From positions 22,834-86,833 of the forward strand of contig CAZRFL010000004.1 of NCBI GenBank assembly GCA_964599365.1: a stretch of 64,000 nucleotides of DNA. Direction: 5' to 3'. The position numbers were made by a program, and so were the translations under genes. Shown here in pieces: positions 9,461-19,589 of this stretch; within the stretch, counting starts at the first letter, position 1, and each line of letters opens with the position of its first letter. This DNA comes from an uncultured Bacteroidales bacterium. Lineage in GTDB: Bacteria; Bacteroidota; Bacteroidia; Bacteroidales; CAIWKO01. A model generated the notes under the pieces. That model did no database searches. It was given only the letters and a program-made list of their open reading frames with translations, and was not told the DNA's origin.

Positions 9461-10675
9461 ATGAGCGGAAAAAATGTATTTGTTTTTGTAGTGTGCGGTG
9501 CCGATGAACATATCGCTACACTCAACTATTCTTTGAAACAGCTGAAAAGGTTTTCAAAAAACCGCATAGTTGTCGTAACAGATACTTCCAGAAACAATGT
9601 CAACATTGATCATGATAATATCATTACTATTTCCACCCCATCCGCTTTTGACCATCACCAGGCCAGTATTTATCTAAAAACAAGTCTCCACAGAATATTC
9701 GATCTTGCCGACAATTATTGCTATCTGGACAGCGATGTCATTGCCCTATCCCCCCAAGTTGATGAAGTTTTTCAGCATCGATATGGTCCGGTTACTTTTG
9801 CGGCCGATCATTGCGACCTCCGGCATTTTAGTCCTTATGCATTGCATTGTAACTGTTTCGAAACGAAGAACAAGGAGCACAAGGAATTTGTTGAAACGGT
9901 CAAAAGAATAATTCCGGATTATAAACATGAAATCCTTTTTCGGGATGAAAATGTAAGAGATTTGTACCGTATTTTAAGCGAAATAAAAAACAATCCTGTG
10001 AAAAAGGTGCGCATGATTCTGAATTATTTTATGGCAAGGTATGCGTTTAAAAAAACAAACAGGATTACACGTTTTGGCAATGGAATGAAGTTCAGTTCCC
10101 GTAAAAAAGGATGGATAGATTTGAAAGGGAATATTGTTATGTACGACCTGACATCCTTCGCAAAAAAAATAAAATCAAGCAGCGAGTTCTCCTTCCAAAA
10201 AAAGAAAAAGATTTGGGTAAATGCAAAAGGTGAAAACATACATAGTATTGAATGCGATCATCTGATTGAGGAAATTCACAGGAAATTCAACATACTTATC
10301 ACCGACAAAAATTATCAGCATTGGAACGGCGGGGTTTTTCTTTTTAACATAGAATCCTTTGATTTTATGGAAGCCTGGCATAAAAACACCCTGAGCATAT
10401 TTGCTGATTCACAGTGGAAAACCCGCGATCAGGGCACTTTAGCAGCCACACTATGGCAATTCGGCCTCCAACATCAAAAAACCCTACCATCGGAATTTAA
10501 CTTTATCGTTGATTTTTTTAACCCCGAAGTTACCTATCATAGCACCAAAGGCTTTACCTCAGATAACTTTATGACTATTGTCGCACCTAAATTTATTCAT
10601 GTGTATCATGAGTTTGGAAACAAAAACTGGGATATATGGAGGACCATTGATAAAATACTGAACAATAATGCCTAA
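9461..10675 (+). CDS. Putative GT-A fold glycosyltransferase (GT8-like) with a large insertion
   Basis: YCYLDSDV (DxD), WNGGVFLFN, RDQGTL, EFNF, FIHVY. Confidence 0.6.
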   Translation: MSGKNVFVFVVCGADEHIATLNYSLKQLKRFSKNRIVVVTDTSRNNVNIDHDNIITISTPSAFDHHQASIYLKTSLHRIFDLADNYCYLDSDVIALSPQVDEVFQHRYGPVTFAADHCDLRHFSPYALHCNCFETKNKEHKEFVETVKRIIPDYKHEILFRDENVRDLYRILSEIKNNPVKKVRMILNYFMARYAFKKTNRITRFGNGMKFSSRKKGWIDLKGNIVMYDLTSFAKKIKSSSEFSFQKKKKIWVNAKGENIHSIECDHLIEEIHRKFNILITDKNYQHWNGGVFLFNIESFDFMEAWHKNTLSIFADSQWKTRDQGTLAATLWQFGLQHQKTLPSEFNFIVDFFNPEVTYHSTKGFTSDNFMTIVAPKFIHVYHEFGNKNWDIWRTIDKILNNNA

Positions 10676-10742
10676 CTTTACAAAGCAAAAGTCTTATTTA
10701 AAAAAGGTTTCTTAGTAAACTTCAGAATTTAAAAATACCTGC

Positions 10743-12191
10743 ATGTCCTTTATTTTTTTCAAAAAACTATTTAACCGAACCAAAATAACTCTTGATGAGA
10801 ATATCCCCCCCCTGCCCATACAAATTATAAATGACTTCAATAAGACACGGCCGGTAAAATCTAGGGATCTTCTTTGTTACGCCCCATTTCGAAACATGTA
10901 TTTTACCATAGAGGGTGATGTTTATGTTTGTTGTTATAACCAGAAACATAATTTAGGAAATATAGGACAGAAATCCATCAAGGATATCTGGAACAGCAGA
11001 AATGCTGAGAAGATACGTCATCACGTTAAAAATAACTATTTAATATCGGGTTGTGATGAATGCAAATATTTGCTCCAGACAGGACAATTTGAATCTGCCC
11101 ATATTTCTGATTATGATAATATTTTAGGGCACAAAGTATACCCAACTAAAATGGAATTCCAATTTAGCAATCTTTGCAACCTGGAATGTACCATGTGTAC
11201 GGGAGACTATTCATCAAGCATTGCTCTAAATAGGGAAAACCGCAAACCTCATATGACTCTTTATGGCCGAGAGTTTGTTGATCAACTTGAAGAATTTGTT
11301 CCACATTTAAAAATTGCTACTTTTTCTGGAGGAGAACCCTTCATAAGTCCCATATATTATGATATATGGAAACTTATTCAAAGACTAAATCCTCATTGTA
11401 AAATTGTTGTACAGACAAATGGAACCGTTTTAAACGAAAAGGTGAAAAAAGCCCTTGAACAAGGACAATTCAATATCGGGATTTCGCTCGACTCCTTAAA
11501 TGAAGAAACTTACAATAATATTAGAGTAAATGCAACGCTGAAAGAAACATTAGCCAATATAATGTTCTTTAAAGATTATTGTCATACCGGCAAACATACC
11601 ATCAGCATTTCAGTTTGTCCTATGCAGCAAAACTGGATTGAAATGCCACAAATGGTAAAATTCTGTAATGATAATGGTATCAGAATTCATTACAATACCG
11701 TTTGGTTTCCGGGGAAAAATGCCCTCTGGATACTTGATTCGGACCAGATCATGGACATAGTTAATGTGTTGTCTGATGCAAATATAGTGGCCAACACAGC
11801 TATTCAAATAGAAAATGTGAAGACCTACCAAAACCTGATCAAAACCCTAACTCATTGGGGGCAGGTTGCCAAAAAGTGGGAAAAATGTGTACCAAAAGAA
11901 GTGGATGCTCTTACTATTGAAAATATAGAAAAAGAGATTATTGAGAAAATCCAAGGCTACCTTTCAAGCAAAAAAGAGGGACCCGCAGAGGATAAGTATG
12001 ACAATGCAGATGTTATTATTCAAAGACTAAAAAGAACTTTTCACCGTATTCCCAATGATGATTTGAAATTGAAAGGATTGCAATTGATTGCGGGCTACAG
12101 GGAGGAAAAGATCATTGCCAATATCTTCCGCGAAGACGAGGAGGGCCTCTACCTCTTAATTAAAAACCTACACCGCTTCCGTGATTTATAA
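10743..12191 (+). CDS. Radical SAM protein with N-terminal SPASM/Twitch-like domain
   Basis: CYAPF...GDVYVCC...IWN...GCDEC precedes CNLECTMC and SGGEPF. Confidence 0.85.
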   Translation: MSFIFFKKLFNRTKITLDENIPPLPIQIINDFNKTRPVKSRDLLCYAPFRNMYFTIEGDVYVCCYNQKHNLGNIGQKSIKDIWNSRNAEKIRHHVKNNYLISGCDECKYLLQTGQFESAHISDYDNILGHKVYPTKMEFQFSNLCNLECTMCTGDYSSSIALNRENRKPHMTLYGREFVDQLEEFVPHLKIATFSGGEPFISPIYYDIWKLIQRLNPHCKIVVQTNGTVLNEKVKKALEQGQFNIGISLDSLNEETYNNIRVNATLKETLANIMFFKDYCHTGKHTISISVCPMQQNWIEMPQMVKFCNDNGIRIHYNTVWFPGKNALWILDSDQIMDIVNVLSDANIVANTAIQIENVKTYQNLIKTLTHWGQVAKKWEKCVPKEVDALTIENIEKEIIEKIQGYLSSKKEGPAEDKYDNADVIIQRLKRTFHRIPNDDLKLKGLQLIAGYREEKIIANIFREDEEGLYLLIKNLHRFRDL

Positions 12192-12369
12192 AACAGTAAG
12201 TATTCCTTGTCCGGTTAACACAATCTGCTTTTTAGTATCTTATAGACTCCACCATTATAAAAATTAACTAACTTTGGTACGTAAGAAACAGTATCCCCAG
12301 TATAAGAAAAATTGCCGACAGGGTTATGTAAAGGCCTGAACGAAAAAACAAAATAAGCACTTTGCATTT

Positions 12370-13896
12370 ATGAATCTGTACCGCTTTCAGTTTTTATCAT
12401 TAAATACCCAAGACCGGCTTATTAAGATTATTAAGCTCTACCGAAGATTGTTTTTCAGTCATAAAAATAAAAACACCGAACTTCATTATTACCGTTATAA
12501 CCTAAGTCGAATCTTGGGAACCCAGAAAAAGATTTGTTATGCCCCTTTTAAAAGCCTTTATTTTGGCGTCGACGGCATAGCTTCGGCTTGTTGTTTAAAT
12601 CAATCCCATGTTTTAGGTAAGATTCCTTTTCATAGTATAACTGATATCTGGAATGGAGAAAAAATTCAGGAATTACGTACTTCATTATCCAATAACGATT
12701 TGTCAAAAGGTTGTTTTGAATGCAAAAATCGTATCGAAAGCGGAAATTATGATGCCGTAGAGGCGGCAAAATATGATGTTTTCCCGTGGAAAAACAAGTA
12801 TCCTATAATGCTCGAATTCGAACTGAGCAACCAATGCAATCTGCAATGCATTATGTGCTCCTCAAAATTTTCCTCTTCCATTCACAGATCAGAAAGCGAA
12901 CTTCCCGTCCGTCAAAACTTCTATGATGACAATTTTTTTCGCCAGCTCGATGAATATATTCCTCATCTGGTAAAAGCAAAATTTCTGGGTGGTGAACCCT
13001 TTGTAATTCCTGTATATTACCGCATATGGGACAGAATATTGGAGTTGAATCCGAAATGCATCATACTGGTGCAAACCAATGCAACCATATTGAACGAAAA
13101 AATAAAAGCCTACCTGAATAAAGGTAATTTTCGAATAGGCATTTCACTAGAGTCATTCAGGAAAGACACCTATGAACTGATCAGAAAAAACGCTGATTAC
13201 GAAAAAGTAATGGAGAATATCAGTTATTTCGCCGATTATGCACATAGGAAGAAATACCCCTTTTGGCTGGCAATATGCCCTATGCAGCAAAACTGGAAAG
13301 AACTGCCCGAAATAATCAGCAGGTCAAACGAGCTTAAGGCGCATGTATTTTTTAATACAGTTCTAAACCCCTACGATTGTTCCTTGAATAGTCTGCCATA
13401 TGCCGACCTGAAAAATGTTGTTGAACAGCTATCATCCTTTAAACTTCCGGTCCGTAATATCATAGAGAAAAAGAACAAATTACATTTCGAATGTTTTCTG
13501 AGCCAATTGAAAACCTGGTTGTCCGAAAAAGAAAAGAAAGAAAATATCCGTCAACTTTGGCTTCAAAACCAAGCCGAAATTGAAACCAAAAGTACCGAAG
13601 AATTGTGCAAACTGATCATTGAAAAAATTAAAAAAGCAAATCCTGACATATGCAGGGCCGAGGATAATGAAACGAGATTCAACAACTCGTACTTAAAACT
13701 AAAGCAAATAGTATCGCCTTTCGAAAATAATCCCCATTTGAAAAACATTCTCTTCAATCTGATGCAAATACCGCAAGAATTCTTATTTTATGAACTGGAA
13801 AAGCGTGAAATAGACTACCTGCAAACTAAGGTTAGTAATATGTTGGATGAAATACACAATGAGAATCAAATAACCAACATTAGTACTAAAGTTTAG
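12370..13896 (+). CDS. Radical SAM protein with N-terminal SPASM/Twitch-like domain (paralog)
   Basis: CYAPF...ACC...IWN...GCFEC precedes CNLQCIMC and GGEPF; CPMQQNW shared with the upstream gene. Confidence 0.85.
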   Translation: MNLYRFQFLSLNTQDRLIKIIKLYRRLFFSHKNKNTELHYYRYNLSRILGTQKKICYAPFKSLYFGVDGIASACCLNQSHVLGKIPFHSITDIWNGEKIQELRTSLSNNDLSKGCFECKNRIESGNYDAVEAAKYDVFPWKNKYPIMLEFELSNQCNLQCIMCSSKFSSSIHRSESELPVRQNFYDDNFFRQLDEYIPHLVKAKFLGGEPFVIPVYYRIWDRILELNPKCIILVQTNATILNEKIKAYLNKGNFRIGISLESFRKDTYELIRKNADYEKVMENISYFADYAHRKKYPFWLAICPMQQNWKELPEIISRSNELKAHVFFNTVLNPYDCSLNSLPYADLKNVVEQLSSFKLPVRNIIEKKNKLHFECFLSQLKTWLSEKEKKENIRQLWLQNQAEIETKSTEELCKLIIEKIKKANPDICRAEDNETRFNNSYLKLKQIVSPFENNPHLKNILFNLMQIPQEFLFYELEKREIDYLQTKVSNMLDEIHNENQITNISTKV

Positions 13897-13949
13897 TTTT
13901 TTTATGTGCTATCCTAAAAAACTAATGAAAAAGAAAAGATTTAAAAAAA

Positions 13950-15707
13950 ATGTTTAATAAGCAGAAAAAAAACAAATCCGGACGGACAAGAAGAATATTC
14001 TTTTTGTCATCTATCCTGTTTTTTATCCTGCTAATGAGTACCCTTACAACTTCCTATTTATCCAAAGTCATATTATCAGAACCCTTCCTTATTACTTTGG
14101 AAGGATTGTCGTCAGAAAAGGCCGATACTATCGAAATTTATGGTTATTCGCCTTTTGGTAAAATTCAACAATTAAAAAGAATCAAAGCCGGTAACCAGTG
14201 GGAATATAAGACTTACAGCAATTTTTCTTCACTTTACATAACGGGTCCCAATAATCTGGCCGGTATAAAACAGATTTGCATTACCACTGCTAATAAGCAA
14301 ATCAACATTGATGATGCTAAAAGTAAAATCACAAACAACCATATTGATCTTACTACGCTTCTAAAAAAAGAAATCTCTGCGACAGAAATTATTCACTCAA
14401 TGTTTTACTGGAAAGAAATCAGGTACTTGATTATCATTCTGTCGATGTCTGTAGTTTATTTGATTTTCCTGATCTTCTTTTTAAAAATGAATAAAAATTT
14501 ATGGATGCCAGCGAAAATATTCTGGACGCTTTTTGTTGCCGGAGTATTTCTGCACATACTTCGCTTTGTTTTTTCTGAAAAATATTTAATAAGTTCGGGT
14601 TTATTTCTCATACCCTTGCTTACTTTATCGACATATCAAATTTTTAGGCTTCTCCAGAAATTTCTAAAAGTCAGATTAAAAATGAAAGAAATAAAATTGA
14701 CCATTATCACGGTTACTATCTGTCTTTGCCTCATAGAAACTTCGTTTATTCTTACAGGATTTAAAAGCACCTACCTGGAAAAACGCTACATATATTATTA
14801 TTCATCCGCTTATGTGCCCGAAAAACCAAATTGGTTTCATGTGTGGGATGTTGACCACGACCTGAAAACAGGAGAATATTGTTACCACCGCACTATAAAT
14901 TCAGAAGGCTTGTCAGACATAGAGCATCCTGCTAAGAAAGATTCAAACGAATACCGGATTGTAGGATTAGGTGACTCTTTTACCGAGGGAGACGGAACAG
15001 ATGTTGATTCTACCTGGCTGAAATTTCTGGAAAGAAATTTGACAAAATATCCGCTGAACAAAAGGCTCACTTTTATGAATGCAGGGGTTTGTGGAAGTGA
15101 CCCCTATTTTGAGTATATATTACTAAAAGAAAAACTACTAAAATTCAAACCGGATTTAGTTCTGGTTGCTGTGAATAATTCGGACTTAACGGATATACTT
15201 CTTAGGGGCGGTATGGAACGCTTCAGATCAGATGGAACCTTGCAATATAATCCGGCTCCCTGGTGGGAACCGATTTATGCCACAAGTCATATATCCCGCT
15301 TGTTTTTTACAGCTATGGGTTATAATGATCTGCTAATAAAAAGAAATGGACATAATTATTCTGATTCTGAAGCGAAACTTATTGAGATTATTCGTAATTT
15401 TAATAGCCTTTCAAAACAAGAAAATTTTAAGTTTATTTTGATATTTCATCCTCATAAAACTGATATTGACAGAAAAACATCGAAGCTTGACGGTGTTATA
15501 AAGCAAATCAACAGCGAAAAAGAATTGGAGGTACTGAATTTGCTGACTTATTTTATTGAAAAGGAGAAAATTGATTCATCAAATAGTCAAAATTATTATT
15601 GGGTAAAAGATGGCCACCACAACGCCAAAGGTTATGCCGCCTTTGCCCGTGGGGTGGAATGGAAACTAAAAGAAACAGGAATACTGGATTCACTAAATAT
15701 TGAATAA
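13950..15707 (+). CDS. Multi-TM membrane protein with C-terminal SGNH/GDSL domain
   Basis: Several hydrophobic helices, then GLGDSFTEG, NAGVCG, DGHHN. Confidence 0.8.
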   Translation: MFNKQKKNKSGRTRRIFFLSSILFFILLMSTLTTSYLSKVILSEPFLITLEGLSSEKADTIEIYGYSPFGKIQQLKRIKAGNQWEYKTYSNFSSLYITGPNNLAGIKQICITTANKQINIDDAKSKITNNHIDLTTLLKKEISATEIIHSMFYWKEIRYLIIILSMSVVYLIFLIFFLKMNKNLWMPAKIFWTLFVAGVFLHILRFVFSEKYLISSGLFLIPLLTLSTYQIFRLLQKFLKVRLKMKEIKLTIITVTICLCLIETSFILTGFKSTYLEKRYIYYYSSAYVPEKPNWFHVWDVDHDLKTGEYCYHRTINSEGLSDIEHPAKKDSNEYRIVGLGDSFTEGDGTDVDSTWLKFLERNLTKYPLNKRLTFMNAGVCGSDPYFEYILLKEKLLKFKPDLVLVAVNNSDLTDILLRGGMERFRSDGTLQYNPAPWWEPIYATSHISRLFFTAMGYNDLLIKRNGHNYSDSEAKLIEIIRNFNSLSKQENFKFILIFHPHKTDIDRKTSKLDGVIKQINSEKELEVLNLLTYFIEKEKIDSSNSQNYYWVKDGHHNAKGYAAFARGVEWKLKETGILDSLNIE

Positions 15708-15739
15708 AAACTCAACATTAATATATTTCCCGAACGACC

Positions 15740-17563
15740 ATGTTGGTTAAAACTACAATAAATTCACTTATGAAAAGGAAGAAAAAACAAATCATTATAG
15801 GGGCGTTTTTTCTATTTTTATTGTTTTTAATTATTCTTGCACATTTTTATTTACAACGAATTTTAATATTTGAACCTGTTCAAATTAGAAATTCAGCTAT
15901 CAGTTCGAAAGAAGCATCATTTATCGAAATATACGGCATTACTCCTCTGGGTGATGTGGCTCCTTTTCAATATAATTTTGCTGATAGCACTTGGAATTAT
16001 CCTTATGCTTTTCACAAAGCCATTTATATTGCCCTTCCGGCTAATGTTTTTCAAAAAACCAAAACAATTAATGTGTTTGTAGGTAACGAAAAATATATTG
16101 TCCCTTTAAAAGACTTGAAATTGACAGATAAACATTCAAATAAACAAGTTTTTATCTTACCGTATTCTATCAAAAGCAAGGGATCTTTCATTGCAAAAAT
16201 ATTATCCATATTTCATTGGCCACCTATTATAATGTGGGTTAAAATAATTCTAACAATCACCATCTTATTATTTGGTATTATTATCAGTATTAGAATCATT
16301 AAACGAAAATCTCCCGTAACCAATTTAAGTGAAAACCAAAAAAAAAGCATTTCTAACCGCCTATTGATAATTATGGGATGGAGCCTACTTGCTTTTATAA
16401 TCTTAACCCATGTTTTAATTTGTTTTTTAACAAATCTCTATTTAGTTACCTCCGGCATTTTTCTATACATTTTCCTTGCTATTCTTTCATATTATTTTCT
16501 ATTATTGCTCAAGAAACTCTTTCACTTCAAATTTAAAGCCATTAATATCAGAATGATTATCACGAGTACTGCCATTTGTTTGGTGATCATTGAAGGATTA
16601 TTTATAGTTACCGGATATAAAAGTACCTATGCTGAAAAAAGGACAAGATTCTTTTATAAATCTCCTTTTTCCACAACAAAGAAAGGATGGTATCATCTCA
16701 TGGAAGGAAACCATGATCTAAAAACACCGGAATATTGTTATCATAGAACCATTAATTCTGATAAATTATCTGATATTGAACATAAAATTTATAAAACACA
16801 AAACGAATATCGAATTATAGGGCTAGGTGATTCTTTTACCGAAGGAGATGGTGCCGATACGGACTCCACTTGGCTAAAATTTTTGGAAAGAAGTCTTTCA
16901 AAATTTCCGATTAAAAAACAACTTACTTTTTTTAATGCAGGTATGAGTGGAAGCGACCCCTTTTATGAATTCATTTTATTAAAACAGCGGTTGTTAAAAT
17001 ATAAACCAGATATTGTATTGGTTGCCATTAACAAATCTGACATAAATGACATAGCAGTAAGAGGTGGCATGGAGCGATTTAAACCTGATAGCACTGTGGA
17101 ATTCAACGCTGCGCCATGGTTTGAGCCAATATTTGCGGTCAGTCATATTTCGCGTTTATTTTTTGATGCTTTTGGTTACACTAATTTGCTTTTTAGTTTT
17201 ACTGACAAGCAAGTTGCAGAGTCGAAAATTAAAATTTCTCAAATAATTACATCATTTAAGGACCTTTCAATAAAGAATAAATTTAATTTTATCGTGATAT
17301 TTCACCCCCATAAAAATGAAATTGACAAGCATAAATTTGAATTTGAAGATATGATTAAACCGCTTGAAGCAAGGGAGGACATTACAGTCTTAAATATGTT
17401 CACCTATTTTTCGGAAATTGAAAAAATTGATTCATCAAATAGTCAAAATTATTTCTGGAAATACGATGGCCACCACAACGCCAAAGGGTATGCGGCCTTT
17501 GCCCGTGGAGTGGAATGGAAACTAAAAGAAACAGGAATACTGGATTCCTTAATGCAAAAATGA
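15740..17563 (+). CDS. Multi-TM membrane protein with C-terminal SGNH/GDSL domain (paralog)
   Basis: GLGDSFTEG, NAGMSG, DGHHN; start could be at 15770. Confidence 0.8.
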   Translation: MLVKTTINSLMKRKKKQIIIGAFFLFLLFLIILAHFYLQRILIFEPVQIRNSAISSKEASFIEIYGITPLGDVAPFQYNFADSTWNYPYAFHKAIYIALPANVFQKTKTINVFVGNEKYIVPLKDLKLTDKHSNKQVFILPYSIKSKGSFIAKILSIFHWPPIIMWVKIILTITILLFGIIISIRIIKRKSPVTNLSENQKKSISNRLLIIMGWSLLAFIILTHVLICFLTNLYLVTSGIFLYIFLAILSYYFLLLLKKLFHFKFKAINIRMIITSTAICLVIIEGLFIVTGYKSTYAEKRTRFFYKSPFSTTKKGWYHLMEGNHDLKTPEYCYHRTINSDKLSDIEHKIYKTQNEYRIIGLGDSFTEGDGADTDSTWLKFLERSLSKFPIKKQLTFFNAGMSGSDPFYEFILLKQRLLKYKPDIVLVAINKSDINDIAVRGGMERFKPDSTVEFNAAPWFEPIFAVSHISRLFFDAFGYTNLLFSFTDKQVAESKIKISQIITSFKDLSIKNKFNFIVIFHPHKNEIDKHKFEFEDMIKPLEAREDITVLNMFTYFSEIEKIDSSNSQNYFWKYDGHHNAKGYAAFARGVEWKLKETGILDSLMQK

Positions 17564-19428
17564 AGATTCTGGGGATATCGGCTTATTATCATGATTCGGC
17601 TGCGGCTATAATATGCAACGGGGTCATTCTGGCCGCTGCCCAGGAAGAACGCTTTACCCGCATCAAACAAGACGAATCATTCCCAACTCAAGCGATTAAA
17701 TACTGTCTTGAATATTCGGGGTTTTCATTACAGCAACTCGACGCCATAGTGTTTTACGACAAACCCCTGTTGAAATTTGAGCGACTACTCGAAACGTATT
17801 ATTCCCATGCTCCTCGTGGCATCAGGTCGTTCATTACCTCCATGCCGATTTGGATCAAAGAAAAAATCTTTCTGAAGAAATTACTGCTTGACGAACTGAT
17901 AAAAATAGAAAAATGCAAACGGTCTAAGCTCAAATTACTTTTTACGGAGCATCATTTGTCGCATGCGGCCTCAGCTTTTTATCCTTCGGGGCTGCAAAAG
18001 GCAGCCATAGTAACATTGGACGGGGTTGGTGAATGGGCCACAGCATCCATTTGTCATGGAAAAGGAAATTCGATAGAAATATTAAAAGAACTGCATTTTC
18101 CACATTCGCTGGGATTATTGTATTCGGCTTTTACCTATTTTCTGGGATTCAAAGTAAATTCGGGGGAATACAAACTGATGGGGCTGGCCCCTTACGGAAA
18201 TGCAACATCAGAAAACACCCTGAACTATATTAAGATTATACGCGAAAAGCTGGTTGAAATAAAAGAAGATGGCTCCATCGTATTAGATCTAAGCTATTTT
18301 AATTATGAGACTGGTCTTCGCATGATACACGAAAAAAAATGGGAGGCACTTTTTGGATTTAAAACACGATCGCCCGAATCGGAAACCCTTCAGGAGCATT
18401 GCGACCTGGCTTATGCCATTCAATATATCACCAATGAGATCGTTCTTAAAATAGCCCAAACGGCCCAACGACTTACCGGATCTAAAAATCTATGTCTTGC
18501 CGGAGGTGTTGCCCTGAATTGTGTGGCTAACGGTCATCTGTTGCGATCAGGATTGTTTGAAAAAATCTTTATTCAGCCCGCAGCCGGTGATGCCGGTGGA
18601 GCATTGGGTGCTGCTTTGGCGGCACATTATATTTATTTTGCTCAGGACAGAACCATTAATAATGAGAAGGTAGCCGACAGTATGCAGGGCGCTTATCTGG
18701 GACCCGAATATTCAAACAATACGATAGAGGCCATGGCCAGAAAACATGGTGCCGTATTTGTAAAAAAGGAACATTTTGATGAAGTCGCTGAAATAACGGC
18801 TCGTTTACTCGACGAAGGAAATGTGGTTGGATGGTTTCAGGGAAGAATGGAGTTTGGCCCCAGGGCATTGGGCAACCGAAGTATTCTGGGAGATGCCAGA
18901 AATCCTGAAATGCAAAAAAAACTCAATCTTAAGATCAAATACAGGGAGGGTTTTCGCCCTTTTGCGCCTTCGGTACTTGGAGAAGATGTGAACCAATATT
19001 TCGAATTGGCGACGGCTTCACCCTATATGCTTTTGGTAGCAGATGTAATTCCCGATATAAGAAAAGAACTACCTGCTGATTATGAAAGCTTGCCCCTATT
19101 GCAAAAACTATACATTAAGCGTTCCGATATTCCGGCAATAACTCATGTGGATTTTTCGGCAAGGGTGCAAACGGTTCATAAGGAAACCAACGAGAGATAC
19201 TGGACCTTAATCAATAAATGTAAGGAGTTGACCGGCTACGGAGTTATTGTTAATACCAGTTTCAATGTTAGGGGCGAGCCTATTGTTTGTTCGCCCGAAG
19301 ATGCTTACATTTGCTTTATGAATACCGAAATGGATTTCCTTGTGATAGGAGACTATATCTTCGATAAAAAATCGCAACGTGAACGGAAGGATAAAGAACA
19401 ATTTATTTCACAAATTAAACCTGATTAA
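17560..19428 (+). CDS. Carbamoyltransferase, NodU/CmcH/SxtI family
   Basis: MKILGISAYYHDSAAA, EHHLSHAAS, GEYKLMGLAPYG, EFGPRALGNRS, NTSFN; ATG at 17560 overlaps the upstream stop. Confidence 0.93.
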   Translation: MKILGISAYYHDSAAAIICNGVILAAAQEERFTRIKQDESFPTQAIKYCLEYSGFSLQQLDAIVFYDKPLLKFERLLETYYSHAPRGIRSFITSMPIWIKEKIFLKKLLLDELIKIEKCKRSKLKLLFTEHHLSHAASAFYPSGLQKAAIVTLDGVGEWATASICHGKGNSIEILKELHFPHSLGLLYSAFTYFLGFKVNSGEYKLMGLAPYGNATSENTLNYIKIIREKLVEIKEDGSIVLDLSYFNYETGLRMIHEKKWEALFGFKTRSPESETLQEHCDLAYAIQYITNEIVLKIAQTAQRLTGSKNLCLAGGVALNCVANGHLLRSGLFEKIFIQPAAGDAGGALGAALAAHYIYFAQDRTINNEKVADSMQGAYLGPEYSNNTIEAMARKHGAVFVKKEHFDEVAEITARLLDEGNVVGWFQGRMEFGPRALGNRSILGDARNPEMQKKLNLKIKYREGFRPFAPSVLGEDVNQYFELATASPYMLLVADVIPDIRKELPADYESLPLLQKLYIKRSDIPAITHVDFSARVQTVHKETNERYWTLINKCKELTGYGVIVNTSFNVRGEPIVCSPEDAYICFMNTEMDFLVIGDYIFDKKSQRERKDKEQFISQIKPD

Positions 19429-19434
19429 AAGGCT

Positions 19435-19584
19435 ATGGGGACATTTAAGGATTTATGGGATTTTTTGAAAGTACGTAAGAAATGGTGGCTGTTGCCCATA
19501 ATTATTGTTTTGTTATTGGTGGGAGTACTTATTGTTTTCGGCAGCGGGTCGGCCATTGCTCCTTTTGTTTATACTTTATTTTAG
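19435..19584 (+). CDS. DUF5989/SxtK-like small membrane protein (absent from ORF track)
   Basis: Hand translation MGTFKDLWDFLKVRKKWWLLPIIIVLLLVGVLIVFGSGSAIAPFVYTLF; RKKWWLLP and APFxYTLF are the family signature. Confidence 0.88.
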   Translation: MGTFKDLWDFLKVRKKWWLLPIIIVLLLVGVLIVFGSGSAIAPFVYTLF

Positions 19585-19589
19585 GCATC

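Noticed and set aside
19482-19589. N-terminal extensions in the ORF track (also at 17515, 29468, 31936, 34184, 47300, 50270)
   Set aside because: They overlap neighbouring genes or promoters; downstream ATGs give proper family N-termini or signal peptides
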